A DNA stretch of 64,000 bases from an uncultured virus (IMG/VR IMGVR_UViG_3300022752_000039) (IMGVR_UViG_3300022752_000039); one strand, 5' to 3'; numbered from the stretch's first letter, positions 54,301 through 64,000 are shown. Translations and numbers: made by a program. The notes: a model not told the origin generated them from the sequence alone.

Positions 54301-56241
54301 GTGGCAAAATACGGTAACGTTGTTTATGGTGGTGCTAAGTACGGCGTAACCCCAAAGTTGGCTTACTCAGTTGAGCCTATGGCTATTACTGTCTTAGATT
54401 TTATAAAGATTCAAGTAGAATGGCAATCTCCAACAGGTGACTTTACAAAGATTAAACTTGTAAGAAATCAATTTGGATTCCCTGAAAACTCTGAAGATGG
54501 CCTCACTATATGGAAAGAGTCTGCTACAGAAGGAACAGTCAGTAGATCTTATTTTGTAGATGGAGAAGACAACCCAAATCAAACACCAATTGTAAATGGG
54601 CGTCAGGTTTACTACACAATGTTTTTATTTACAGATCAAAAGATTTGGGTTAATGCTGGACAAATCACAGACTTGATGCCGTTAGATCACGGCGTACATA
54701 AAAAAATAATGGATATTATTCCTAAGGTATTTACAAGTGAGATCCAGAGCCCTCTTGGAGTTACGGATGAGACTTCTGCTCTCTATAACTTTATAGGAGG
54801 AATTGCTTTTACTCACGAACAATTCCTGTCGCAACTAGATGTATTAAGACCACAGCATTCTTCAGAAGGAATAGCCTTTTCAACTTTGGAACAAAACTCT
54901 TTCAGTGTTGGACTTGTTCCAGAACCAGCGCTACCAGTTAAAAATCAAAAGAGACTCATCCGTGAAGCGTTGTATATGTACTCTCACAAAGGTATGGAGA
55001 GCGGTATAAACGCCTATGCAGAATCTCTTACTGGCTTTGCACCAACAACAACTCTGTCACCTAACTTACTACTGTCAGTTCAAGACTCAACTTTCTACGA
55101 GTCTAAAGGTAACTGGACAGCAACTAACGCAGTCTTAACATCTAGTACTGAGCAAGTTCCAGCAACTGGAACCAACGTCATTGATAACGTCTACACAGGT
55201 AAACTTGTTGCGGCTTCTTCTGGCGCCATGCAATTAGGAAATACCGCACCAATAACACGTGGAGTACCAGTACTTCCAAGCACCGAGTACACAGTGTCTT
55301 GCAAACTTAAATCACCTTCTAGCGCTGGAAACATCACTCTTTCTGTAAAGTTTTATGACAAGAACGCTACCATCACAGGCACTACACAATCAGCAACAGC
55401 AGTGGCTGCAAACAACACCTGGAAGAGTGCGTCAAAGACATTTACAACTCCAGCAGATGCATCCTATGCAAGTATTCAAATTGCTTACAGTGCTGCAGGA
55501 ACTTACTACTTAGATCAAGTTTGCCTTCAACTAGGTAATACAGTTTCCTATGATGAGGCAAGAGCAATCTCAATCTTTCTTGACTCTGCAAAAATTAACT
55601 ACATTAAGAACCCATCTTTTGAAGTGGACGCTTCTACTTGGACATCTACTGGTGCTACTTTTACTCAAAACGCTGCAGTCCCAACTGACGGTTACTCAGG
55701 TACTTACAGTGGACAATTTGTTGTGGCTACCACAGGAAACATCAAGACTAATTACAACATCCCAGTAACTGCTGGTAAGTACTACACCCTGTCGTTCTAT
55801 GTATCATCAAGCAACTCAGTTAAAGTCACTGGAACTATTGAGTTCTATGATGCAAGCAATAACTTGCTAAAAAATTTTGCGTCCGAGTTCAATATCACTA
55901 GTTCTTTTAGTCGAGTAAATTTGACTGCACTAACTGACTCAGGATCAGCGGTGTCTTACGCAAAGGTTAAGATCTCTTTTACTCGCGCTGGTACTTACCG
56001 TCTAGACCTTGTACAGTTTGAAAAGTCACAGACTGCAACAGAGTATTTTGATGGCTCTCTTCCTTCGGATTATGGTGCTGTCTGGGAAGGAACAAATCAC
56101 GCCTCCTACACCCACATGTACCCTAACAAACCTTTAAAGATCCCTAGGTTAGGAAAGACTCTCAATGACTGGATTGTCCCTAACACCTTCTGGAGATTAT
56201 CTACCTATGATGGAGTGGAATATACCAACCTAACGGTGTAG
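54301..56241 (+). CDS. Baseplate wedge (gpI-like) with two CBM4/9-like domains
   Basis: YSHKG..GI..YAESLTG; NLL..QDSTF and NYIKNPSFE domain starts. Confidence 0.7.
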   Translation: MAKYGNVVYGGAKYGVTPKLAYSVEPMAITVLDFIKIQVEWQSPTGDFTKIKLVRNQFGFPENSEDGLTIWKESATEGTVSRSYFVDGEDNPNQTPIVNGRQVYYTMFLFTDQKIWVNAGQITDLMPLDHGVHKKIMDIIPKVFTSEIQSPLGVTDETSALYNFIGGIAFTHEQFLSQLDVLRPQHSSEGIAFSTLEQNSFSVGLVPEPALPVKNQKRLIREALYMYSHKGMESGINAYAESLTGFAPTTTLSPNLLLSVQDSTFYESKGNWTATNAVLTSSTEQVPATGTNVIDNVYTGKLVAASSGAMQLGNTAPITRGVPVLPSTEYTVSCKLKSPSSAGNITLSVKFYDKNATITGTTQSATAVAANNTWKSASKTFTTPADASYASIQIAYSAAGTYYLDQVCLQLGNTVSYDEARAISIFLDSAKINYIKNPSFEVDASTWTSTGATFTQNAAVPTDGYSGTYSGQFVVATTGNIKTNYNIPVTAGKYYTLSFYVSSSNSVKVTGTIEFYDASNNLLKNFASEFNITSSFSRVNLTALTDSGSAVSYAKVKISFTRAGTYRLDLVQFEKSQTATEYFDGSLPSDYGAVWEGTNHASYTHMYPNKPLKIPRLGKTLNDWIVPNTFWRLSTYDGVEYTNLTV

Positions 56242-56251
56242 GCTCCAGGTC

Positions 56252-56521
56252 ATGATTGACCTACTTATAACGATCCTTATTGCTGGAGTGGCAGTTACCT
56301 ACGTCATTGAGTTCATAGAACTTATTACGACAGGTATGTTTGGCGTTCCTCTACTCAATAAGTTTTTAACATTACCATTAAGTTTTGGCGCTTTAATTTC
56401 CCAGAACTCATTTAGCATGCAGTTCATCATTGCAGTGCCTGCTATTGCTACAGTTGCACTTCTACTCAGTAAATACTTGAATAAACCAAGGGTTGTACAA
56501 CAACGACTACCACGACTATAG
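56252..56521 (+). CDS. Small membrane protein
   Basis: Hydrophobic; TAGGCT 7 nt upstream (leaderless). Confidence 0.7.
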   Translation: MIDLLITILIAGVAVTYVIEFIELITTGMFGVPLLNKFLTLPLSFGALISQNSFSMQFIIAVPAIATVALLLSKYLNKPRVVQQRLPRL

Positions 56522-56530
56522 GGGCACACG

Positions 56531-57115
56531 ATGAAACGAGTTATCCTTTTAACATTTGATCCAAGTGCTGATGTGTACTACCCGCTTGTAGAATTACTCG
56601 GAAAAGAAGATGTGAGTGAAGTTCTTGTTCCAGTAATCACTAGAGGGATATTTACAGAGACAGCAATCAATGCCGTTAAAGAGCAGGGTATTGATTACAA
56701 AATCTATCTAGATGTAGAGACCACCATTGATGGACTAGAAGATGACGCGGATGTAATCACTGTTTGTTCTAATCCCATCAAGGAGTTACTCAACTTGATT
56801 ACTCCAGATGACATCCTTGCTATGGCATGGGATGACTCAGATGAGGCGCACATGGTCATTCACTCGCTGGAAGATTTTGGACTGGAGATGTGGAACATCA
56901 AGGGCACCCTCAATCCAATCGAGATGGATTACACAGAGGACACCACAGAGGAACTCTTTGATGCCATGCAGGAGAGCCTGACATCTTTCATCGAGATCTT
57001 CTCTGCCTACATAGCCTCGTCAGTCTTAGATACCCTGATGGACACGATCACGGCACGGCTGGAGGAGGAGTTAGGCTCCAAGGACATCAACCCATTCGGT
57101 GACGACACGCCGTGA
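56531..57115 (+). CDS. Acidic hypothetical protein
   Basis: ORF track. Confidence 0.75.
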   Translation: MKRVILLTFDPSADVYYPLVELLGKEDVSEVLVPVITRGIFTETAINAVKEQGIDYKIYLDVETTIDGLEDDADVITVCSNPIKELLNLITPDDILAMAWDDSDEAHMVIHSLEDFGLEMWNIKGTLNPIEMDYTEDTTEELFDAMQESLTSFIEIFSAYIASSVLDTLMDTITARLEEELGSKDINPFGDDTP

Positions 57116-58089
57116 GAATCCCACATGAGGCTTACACAGCCAACCTTACCGATTATCAGTTCCGTCTCTTGGCTACCATGTGCCACTTAGCGGGCTCTGA
57201 AGGCCGTTTAAAGGCCTCAGCAGCCCAACTTGGTATAGAGACTGGCAACGTACATGAGAGGACCGTCCGTAGAGGCCTTATCGCCTTGGAAGAGGCTGGC
57301 TTCATCAAGCGAACTCGGACCAAGAGAGCCAACGGATACCGTGGGATAGACTTACTGGACATTACAAGCCCAAGTGGGACGCTAGAGTCCCCTAACCTAG
57401 AGGACACAAATGTCCACACCTCACATGACTATAAGTCACGTAGCCATATTACTAATAAGTCATTAGTACCTAATAGCAAAGATAGTAATCAATTAAAAGA
57501 TATTAGAAACACCGAAGGTGTTTCGATGAAAGAGATACGAGTGCCTATGAGAAAATGGGAAGATGATTCAGACAATCTTGCAGGCTTCGGCCTTGTTGAG
57601 GAGCGGGATACTGTTCAGCCGAAGATCCGCAAGTCAGACCCAAAGACCAGAGGCAAGCGACCTGAGCATGAATGGACTCCCATGGATGTCGCTGCTGAGT
57701 TCTCATATCGAGTTGGTAAACGCTACCCGCTCTTGCCAGGGACAGTCAATGTGCGTCAGTTGTCGGGAGCACTTAGTAAATTCCGCAAGCAGTACCAGAC
57801 CACAGCCTTAGTCGAGTTGGAACTGCTCAAACTGTTTATGGCAGATGAGCGCAACTTCCAGAACATCGGGGATGAGGCACCCCACCTCTACAAGTTGTAC
57901 CTAGCCTCTTTTGGTAAGAAGATGAACCAAGCCCGTGAAAATTTGGGGCTAAACAAAGTAAATGCTAAGGTCGATACATCTGTTAAGGTCTCGACCCTAA
58001 CCGCCAGCGATGGCAAGGTCTTCCAGAACTCACTGTCTGGTCGTGCACAACTAGAACGATACGAAAAGAAATTGGGAGCAACTAAATGA
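57112..58089 (+). CDS. Replication initiator with N-terminal winged HTH
   Basis: LTDYQFRLL...LGIETGNVHERTVRRGLIALEEAGFI; upstream of DnaC-like loader. Confidence 0.7.
   Translation: MRIPHEAYTANLTDYQFRLLATMCHLAGSEGRLKASAAQLGIETGNVHERTVRRGLIALEEAGFIKRTRTKRANGYRGIDLLDITSPSGTLESPNLEDTNVHTSHDYKSRSHITNKSLVPNSKDSNQLKDIRNTEGVSMKEIRVPMRKWEDDSDNLAGFGLVEERDTVQPKIRKSDPKTRGKRPEHEWTPMDVAAEFSYRVGKRYPLLPGTVNVRQLSGALSKFRKQYQTTALVELELLKLFMADERNFQNIGDEAPHLYKLYLASFGKKMNQARENLGLNKVNAKVDTSVKVSTLTASDGKVFQNSLSGRAQLERYEKKLGATK
57377..57510. repeat. Candidate origin: spaced short palindromes followed by AT-rich DNA inside the initiator gene
   Basis: GGAC-N6-GTCC x2, TGAC-N5-GTCA, ACTAAT-N5-ATTAGT. Confidence 0.4.
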
Positions 58090-58226
58090 TTTTAGATACA
58101 GGAACAATTATTGCAATCATTATTGCACTTGCTGGTTCAATAACAGTGATGGGTTTGTTTTGGAGAGAGAACATTTTTTTACAAAAGGAAATAAGAAAAC
58201 TACTGAAGGAGAAGAACAATGGCTAA
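58086..58226 (+). CDS. 46-aa single-TM protein
   Basis: Read manually: MILDTGTIIAIIIALAGSITVMGLFWREN...; ATGA coupling. Confidence 0.65.
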   Translation: MILDTGTIIAIIIALAGSITVMGLFWRENIFLQKEIRKLLKEKNNG

Positions 58227-58545
58227 GAAAGTCGAAGCAACATTTGTAGCAACAATCACACTCAACACTGAGAAGGCTGGCGGATGGCTTGCTATTGTCA
58301 GTGCACAGCGTTCTGCTGGTGAGTCTGTAAACTCAATGAAACCTGCAGAAGGCATCAGCGAGTACACCGCATGGAAGAACGCATCTGCTGCAAAGCGTTG
58401 GGTCAAGGAGCAAGTCCTTAAGCACACACCTCGCAAGTCAGTCAAGATGGTTGCGACTGGATCAGTTGATGCAAAAGGTAAGCCGACAGCATTTGCTGGC
58501 TCACTAACTTTCAAGGTTGACAACGACTTCACATTCACTAAGTAG
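58219..58545 (+). CDS. Hypothetical protein
   Basis: AAGGAG SD. Confidence 0.75.
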   Translation: MAKKVEATFVATITLNTEKAGGWLAIVSAQRSAGESVNSMKPAEGISEYTAWKNASAAKRWVKEQVLKHTPRKSVKMVATGSVDAKGKPTAFAGSLTFKVDNDFTFTK

Positions 58546-58554
58546 AAACTCTGA

Positions 58555-59277
58555 ATGTACGACATCAATCAACTATCTGCTTTAAAGAAGCACTGGCTAC
58601 TGCGTACCTCAAATATCCCACGTCGCTTTCTAGGTCTTGAGCAACAGGACATTATCGACAGGGCTGGAGAGTTTCCTAGCGAGGTATCGACGTGGATTGA
58701 TGATGCAATCGGCGGTCATGTCATTAAGCAGATTGGCAACATCGGTATCAACGGCGTTGGTCTCTTGTTTGATGGCGGTCCAGGAATCGGTAAGACGACC
58801 CATGCAGTAGTTGCGGCTATGGAGTTCATCCGCAGACTGCCAGAGGATGATGTGGAGGCTGCAAAGATCTTGGGTCTGACAGCATCTGATTACGGGCTAA
58901 GTGCTAGGCCGATTTATTACATGACCTATCCAGAATTTTTGTCCAGAAAAAAGTCAACCTTTGATGCGGATCACGATGATAAGCGCAATATGGTTTATGA
59001 ACTTGATGGTTTTCACGGACGCTCGAAGTTTGACTGGCTTAATGTTCGCATACTTGTGATTGATGATCTTGGTAAAGAGTATGGATCTAAGTATGACGAC
59101 AGTTCATTTGATGAGATTCTCAGATTAAGATACGACAAGGCTCTGCCCACAATCGTAACTACAAATGTTAGACTAGAAGATTGGGAATCAGAGTACAAAG
59201 AAGCAATGGCAAGTTTCGCACACGAAGCATTTATCCGAGTCCCTATCATTGGTTCTGACCTGCGAGCAGCACAATGA
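58555..59277 (+). CDS. DnaC/IstB-like AAA+ helicase loader
   Basis: GGPGIGKT, ILVIDDLGKE, R.RY...PTIVTTN. Confidence 0.9.
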   Translation: MYDINQLSALKKHWLLRTSNIPRRFLGLEQQDIIDRAGEFPSEVSTWIDDAIGGHVIKQIGNIGINGVGLLFDGGPGIGKTTHAVVAAMEFIRRLPEDDVEAAKILGLTASDYGLSARPIYYMTYPEFLSRKKSTFDADHDDKRNMVYELDGFHGRSKFDWLNVRILVIDDLGKEYGSKYDDSSFDEILRLRYDKALPTIVTTNVRLEDWESEYKEAMASFAHEAFIRVPIIGSDLRAAQ

Positions 59278-59582
59278 GAGGTATGAGCATGGAGTCTTCT
59301 TGGAGAACCGTTCAAGTCTTTATCTCTGCTCAGGCTGCTGGCATCTTTGAAGTTGAAGTCGATACTGAATCAAAGAAGACACGATGCAACTGCCCTGTAT
59401 GGCGCAAGACAGCCTTATGCAAGCACGTGTTGTTTGTTCAAAACAAGATGCGCTACAACAAAGGTCACTACTCAATACTCGTTCCTACAGAGATCTCTGA
59501 GGACTTAGCAGTAGAAGCAAGCGATGATCCAAAGAAGTTTCGTGATTTCGTGGTCAAGTACGCTAAAGTAGAGGTCATATGA
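59274..59582 (+). CDS. SWIM zinc-finger protein
   Basis: CNCP......CKH. Confidence 0.8.
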   Translation: MRGMSMESSWRTVQVFISAQAAGIFEVEVDTESKKTRCNCPVWRKTALCKHVLFVQNKMRYNKGHYSILVPTEISEDLAVEASDDPKKFRDFVVKYAKVEVI

Positions 59583-59995
59583 AAGGCGGAGACATCTCAA
59601 ATGTCTCCTCTTTGCAGGTGGTGTGCCTTACCGATGTAGTGATTGCATTGGTTGAAGAAGAGATTAGAAAACTTCTTGGCAAAAAGATTGAGTACAAGAT
59701 TGGCAACATTGATTTGCAGAACGCAAACAAATTGTGGAACCTTGCAAACAATTACGGCATCTCCCTTGAGTTGGCTGGTTATCAAGACCAGGGCTGGACT
59801 GAGGAGTTGCTGGAGAAAGCATTTGACAAGTTAGAAAAGCGTGTGGTCAATCCATTTAACTACTGGCAACTCTACGAGAATCCAGATGAGTTAGTTGCTG
59901 GCATTCCATACCGTGCTAATCTACGGGGCGTTATCGATGTCCCAGGACGAGTTGCACGATACGGATCAGCAGGAGTACAAATAGACAATATGTAA
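59579..59995 (+). CDS. Hypothetical protein (possibly degenerate HAD-like fold)
   Basis: ORF track; fold call weak. Confidence 0.6.
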   Translation: MKGGDISNVSSLQVVCLTDVVIALVEEEIRKLLGKKIEYKIGNIDLQNANKLWNLANNYGISLELAGYQDQGWTEELLEKAFDKLEKRVVNPFNYWQLYENPDELVAGIPYRANLRGVIDVPGRVARYGSAGVQIDNM

Positions 59996-60008
59996 GAGGG
60001 GACACTAA

Positions 60009-61259
60009 ATGGCATCTGACAATGAGCATCGCTTAGTCAGCAAGGTCATTCGAGATCGAGACATTGTTCCAGCGCTACAACGTGGTGTTACCAATGCATG
60101 GTTCTTAGATGATGACAACAAAAGAGTTTGGGATTTTGTCCGTAAGCATTATGGTGAGTACAGCGAAGTACCTACTGCTGTAACAGTTAAAGATCACTAT
60201 CCAAATTACAAAGTTTTAGATGTACAAGACAACATCGAGTACCTTCTTGACACCATGGTCGACTTCCGTCGTCGACTACTTACTCGTCAAGGTCTTGAGA
60301 ATGCAATCGAGCAACTGCAAGAAAATGATCATGATGCTGCTCTGCTTGCTATGGAAGCAACGATTACCAGAGTTAACGAGCAAGGTGTACTTGGGACTCA
60401 CGAGATCGACCTCACAAAGAATACAGAGGAACGTTACAAGGAGTACCAGTCTCTACAGAACTCTACGTTTTTAGGTATACCTACAGGCTTTGCAAAGATT
60501 GATGAAGCAACTGCGGGACTACAGTCTGGTCAGTTAATTACTATCATTGCTCCACCTAAGACTGGTAAGTCACAGATCGCATTACAGATGGCGATCAATG
60601 TGCACAGAGGTGGAAAGATTCCTATGTTCCAATCCTTTGAGATGAACAACCACGAACAACAGCAACGTCATGATGCGATGCGTTCACACATCTCACACGG
60701 ACGTCTGCGTCGTGGAAAGTTGTTACCAGCAGAAGAGGCCCGTTACATAGACACACTCAACGAGATGGAGAAAGAACACTCTTTCCATTTAGTAGATGCT
60801 GTCAACGGAATTACAGTCTCATCACTTGCTGCAAAGATTGAACAGACAAAGCCAGACATAGTATTTGTAGACGGTGTGTACTTGATGCTTGATGAAGTAA
60901 GTGGCGAGATGAATACCCCACAAGCAATCACTAACATCACTCGTGGATTGAAACGTCTAGCCCAAAGAATTCAAAAGCCAGTAATCATTACTACACAGAC
61001 TCTGTTGTGGAAGATGCGTGCTGGAAAAGTTACTGCCGACTCAATTGGTTATTCATCTTCATTCTTCCAGGACTCAGATGTAATCCTTGGTCTTGAGCCA
61101 GTAGAGGAAGATGAAGAGATTCGTTTACTAAAGATTGTTGCATCTCGTAACTGTGGTCCTAGTGAGACAGCGCTTACATGGCGCTGGGAGACTGGATGTT
61201 TTCACGATGAAGATAAGATGTTGAAGTGTGCCTATTGTTCGAATTGGAACCGCATGTGA
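60009..61259 (+). CDS. dnaB: Replicative DnaB-like helicase
   Basis: GIPTGF..ID.AT.GLQSGQLI.I.APPKTGKS, SFEM, VFVDGVYL, QDSDVI, SRN. Confidence 0.92.
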   Translation: MASDNEHRLVSKVIRDRDIVPALQRGVTNAWFLDDDNKRVWDFVRKHYGEYSEVPTAVTVKDHYPNYKVLDVQDNIEYLLDTMVDFRRRLLTRQGLENAIEQLQENDHDAALLAMEATITRVNEQGVLGTHEIDLTKNTEERYKEYQSLQNSTFLGIPTGFAKIDEATAGLQSGQLITIIAPPKTGKSQIALQMAINVHRGGKIPMFQSFEMNNHEQQQRHDAMRSHISHGRLRRGKLLPAEEARYIDTLNEMEKEHSFHLVDAVNGITVSSLAAKIEQTKPDIVFVDGVYLMLDEVSGEMNTPQAITNITRGLKRLAQRIQKPVIITTQTLLWKMRAGKVTADSIGYSSSFFQDSDVILGLEPVEEDEEIRLLKIVASRNCGPSETALTWRWETGCFHDEDKMLKCAYCSNWNRM

Positions 61260-62191
61260 TTGATGTAGAGCGTGTTCTTCTTTCCTTAGACCTCCCACTG
61301 TATGCACAGCGTGGCATTGAGGTTAATGGGTTATGTCCTATGCATAAGAAGCGCACAGGAAAAGAAGATCACAATCCTTCTTGGTGGATTAACTCCGAGA
61401 CTGGTGCACACATCTGCTTCTCTTGCGGATACAAAGGAAACATTTACACACTTGTTGCAGACATCAAGGGAATCGATTACCACGAAGCCCGTGAGTATGT
61501 AAATGACAAAGAAGATATGCCGATTGATGCACTGATGAAACGCATCAAGGAGTTGCCAGAGTACATTCAAGCCGAAGCACACCCAATCGGTATGTCAGAG
61601 GCTCGCCTGGCTGTGTATGTTGCTCCGCCAAAAATTGAGTTAAGAAAAAGATTCTTGACAGTAGCCGCTGTAGAGATGTGTGGCGTGTTGTGGGATGAGA
61701 AGAACGCTGCATGGATACTCCCTATCAGAGACCCCGATGACTTTTCACTGTGGGGTTGGCAAGAGAAGGGTGCTCGTGGTCGTTTCTTTCGCAATCAACC
61801 ACAGGGAGTTAAGAAGTCAAAAACAGTTTTCAATGTGCAAATACTGAAAGAAGATGCGCCACTAATTGTTGTCGAGTCTCCACTCGATGCGGTCAGACTA
61901 GTCGGACTTGGTTACAGTGCGATCTCTACATACGGAGCGATGCCTAGCGTTGAGCAGGTAAAGATAATGCGCCGTGCACCCAGAGTGATTGCTGCATTTG
62001 ATAATGATGGTGCTGGACAGAAGGCATCAGAAGAGATGCGTGGTCATGCTCGTAAGTATGGAATTGAACTTTCTTACTTTAACTACACAGGCATTGATGT
62101 AAAAGATGTAGGTGACATGATTGAGAGCGACATACATAAGAGCATCGAGTCAGCACGAGACATGATCTACGGTAAAGCGGCATACCTATGA
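61256..62191 (+). CDS. dnaG: DNA primase (CHC2 zinc finger + TOPRIM)
   Basis: CPMH...DHNPS...CFSC; VVESPLD; FDNDGAG; KDVGD; start refined to GTG 61256. Confidence 0.9.
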   Translation: MIDVERVLLSLDLPLYAQRGIEVNGLCPMHKKRTGKEDHNPSWWINSETGAHICFSCGYKGNIYTLVADIKGIDYHEAREYVNDKEDMPIDALMKRIKELPEYIQAEAHPIGMSEARLAVYVAPPKIELRKRFLTVAAVEMCGVLWDEKNAAWILPIRDPDDFSLWGWQEKGARGRFFRNQPQGVKKSKTVFNVQILKEDAPLIVVESPLDAVRLVGLGYSAISTYGAMPSVEQVKIMRRAPRVIAAFDNDGAGQKASEEMRGHARKYGIELSYFNYTGIDVKDVGDMIESDIHKSIESARDMIYGKAAYL

Positions 62192-62361
62192 TGGACTTAA
62201 GAGATAAAGATCGCCCCCTACATGTTTGTATCTGCGGATCAAGACTATGGAAAGTACAAGCAATGTTTGAGGACGGAGAGATTTCTCTGTACATGCTAGA
62301 TATGGAGTGCGCCCTATGTGGAACTCTAGCAACTGCGCCAACTGCAATAGATAACCAATGA
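62188..62361 (+). CDS. 57-aa zinc-ribbon protein
   Basis: Read manually: MMDLRDKDRPLHVCICGS...MECALCGTLATAPTAIDNQ; ATGA coupling at both ends. Confidence 0.7.
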   Translation: MMDLRDKDRPLHVCICGSRLWKVQAMFEDGEISLYMLDMECALCGTLATAPTAIDNQ

Positions 62362-63914
62362 CATTTACAGGAACTCTCAAGCCCTACCAGGTAGAGGCTG
62401 TAGATCGCATGGTAGAGCGCAAGAAGATGCTTGTAGCCTACGAGATGGGTCTAGGTAAGACCTGCATGACTATCGCATCGGTTGAGAAGTTAAAAGACAA
62501 CGGTTTAATTACAAGGCCAGTATTAGTCATCGCCCTCTCAAGTCTGAAGTATCAGTGGCAGAAAGAGATACAGAAGTTCTCTGACTCCACCACCACGGTG
62601 ATCGATGGCTCTAAGACAGTACGTACAAAACGTTGGGAAGAACGTACAGATTACGTCATCTGCAACTACGAGACTGTTGTAGGAGATTGGGATCTAATCA
62701 AGGATCAGGAGTGGGGAGCCATTGTCTGTGATGAAGCCACAGCAATCAAAGGATTTAAATCAAAAAGATCAAAGGCTGTCAAGAAACTATCTGCAAGTGT
62801 ACCAATTAGGTTTGCATTAACAGGAACACCTATTGAGAATGGCAGACCAGAAGAGGTCTACAGCATAATGCAGTTTGTAGACTCAACTCTCCTAGGTCGA
62901 TTTGATTTGTTTGATCAGACGTTTATTGTTCGCAATCACTTCGGTGGAGTACAACGCTATCGCAACCTACAGTTGTTTCACGATAAGATGAAGAGTTCCT
63001 CCGTTCGAAAGGTTCAGACAGATGCAGACGTTGCTCCATATCTTCCAGACACTATTCATCGTGACCCTATGTTTATTGCCTTTGATAAGAAGAGTTCGTC
63101 GCTTTATAACTTCATTGCAGATGAATTAAGCAACGAACTCTTTGAAGCACAGCAGTTGCTAGGTGCTAACTTCTCTCTGATGGCCCACTATGGACATGAC
63201 AGCAAACCTGGAAGTCCTGTAGATCAGTTGCGTGGATCAATCATGTCTAAGATTACTGCTCTTCGTATGCTGTGTGATGATCCAAACCTTTTGCATAAGA
63301 GCGCAGATAAATTTGATGAGCATCTTGGAGAAGGAAGTGCGTATGTAAACAGTTTAAAGACAAGAGACTTACTAGATGGGGTAACAAAGACCCCAAAGTT
63401 AGATGCACTAAAGACTTATGTAAACGATCATCTAGACACCGATCCAGAGGCAAAGGTAGTTATCTTTACTTCTTGGGTAGGAATGTTAGAAAGTATTCAA
63501 GAAGCAGTGGGTGGCACTCTGTATACGGGTTACATGAACGCTAAGGAGAAGGAAGCAAGCAAGACCAAGTTCCTAACAGACCCAGAGTGCCGTGTGTTTA
63601 TATCTTCCGATGCTGGTGGCTATGGTGTAGATTTGCCCATCGCTAACCTACTGGTCAATTACGATCTGCCATGGAGTGCAGGACTTGCCGTCCAACGCAA
63701 TGGTCGAATCAAGAGAGCCTCTAGTCGTTGGCCTAGTATTACTATTCAAGACATGTTGATTGCCGATTCGATAGAAGAACGACAACATGATATGCTCCAG
63801 CAGAAGAACGCAGTAGCAGATGCGGTTATCGATGGTCAGGGCATTAACGCAAAAGGCGGCGTCGACCTCACCGTTGGAAGTTTGATAGGGTTCCTACAGA
63901 AAGCAAGACCATAG
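62358..63914 (+). CDS. SNF2-family (SF2) helicase
   Basis: EMGLGKT, VCDEA, LTGTPIEN, KVVIFT, GGYGVDL, QRNGRIKR. Confidence 0.93.
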   Translation: MTFTGTLKPYQVEAVDRMVERKKMLVAYEMGLGKTCMTIASVEKLKDNGLITRPVLVIALSSLKYQWQKEIQKFSDSTTTVIDGSKTVRTKRWEERTDYVICNYETVVGDWDLIKDQEWGAIVCDEATAIKGFKSKRSKAVKKLSASVPIRFALTGTPIENGRPEEVYSIMQFVDSTLLGRFDLFDQTFIVRNHFGGVQRYRNLQLFHDKMKSSSVRKVQTDADVAPYLPDTIHRDPMFIAFDKKSSSLYNFIADELSNELFEAQQLLGANFSLMAHYGHDSKPGSPVDQLRGSIMSKITALRMLCDDPNLLHKSADKFDEHLGEGSAYVNSLKTRDLLDGVTKTPKLDALKTYVNDHLDTDPEAKVVIFTSWVGMLESIQEAVGGTLYTGYMNAKEKEASKTKFLTDPECRVFISSDAGGYGVDLPIANLLVNYDLPWSAGLAVQRNGRIKRASSRWPSITIQDMLIADSIEERQHDMLQQKNAVADAVIDGQGINAKGGVDLTVGSLIGFLQKARP

Positions 63915-63922
63915 GGGGAAAC

Positions 63923-64000
63923 ATGGCAAGAGTAAAAGCAACAGAAACAAGAGAAGAAGATCCACTGATTAAAGATGCAAGAGAATACTCCTTCTTAAAA
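63923..64000 (+). CDS. 5' end of a hypothetical protein (truncated)
   Basis: GGGGG SD then ATG GCA AGA..., open to the window end. Confidence 0.65.
   Translation, partial: MARVKATETREEDPLIKDAREYSFLK

Noticed and set aside
42329..56241. Extracellular contractile injection system (eCIS/tailocin) interpretation of the tail module
   Set aside because: Terminase, portal, scaffold, capsid and replication genes are in the same contig, so this is a complete phage
1..64000. Stop-codon reassignment, introns or inteins in core genes
   Set aside because: terL, portal, capsid, DnaB, primase and SNF2 are uninterrupted and of normal length in the standard code, and all three stop codons end genes

Overview
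This window is 64 kb of a tailed dsDNA bacteriophage genome, a myovirus with a contractile tail. The host is probably an actinobacterium; this is inferred from FmdB-like and DUF3263-like genes, a CHAP/PG-binding lysin, leaderless TANNNT promoters and a CRP-family box. Layout: (1) 1-2425, a translationally coupled array of small enzyme genes (two ADP-ribosyltransferase-like, a ParB/Srx-like and a GNAT) sharing an N-terminal NLSxxQF leader; (2) 2.4-14.3 kb, accessory and lysis genes (cupin/PMI, CHAP endolysin, proteasome-beta-like protease, holins, a 936-aa surface protein, split-PASTA and KTSC proteins); (3) 14.4-22.2 kb, terminase, portal, scaffold, major capsid and head-tail adaptor; (4) 22.2-39.7 kb, fibre region with proline-free collagen-like fibres, an antisense glycosylation operon, an HNH and three Fn3 adhesin+small-gene cassettes; (5) 39.8-41.3 kb, one very acidic peptide followed by eight Lys-rich microproteins; (6) 42-56.2 kb, neck, sheath, tube, chaperone (probable +1 frameshift), tape measure and baseplate; (7) 56.3-64 kb, replication genes (HTH initiator with a candidate internal origin, DnaC-like loader, DnaB, primase, SNF2 helicase). 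The best candidate for an undescribed system is the NLSxxQF-tagged set of unrelated proteins, plausibly a virion-packaging/injection signal for a shuffled effector arsenal. All functional calls come from motif recognition by eye; no database search was run. No tRNA, rRNA or CRISPR array was seen.
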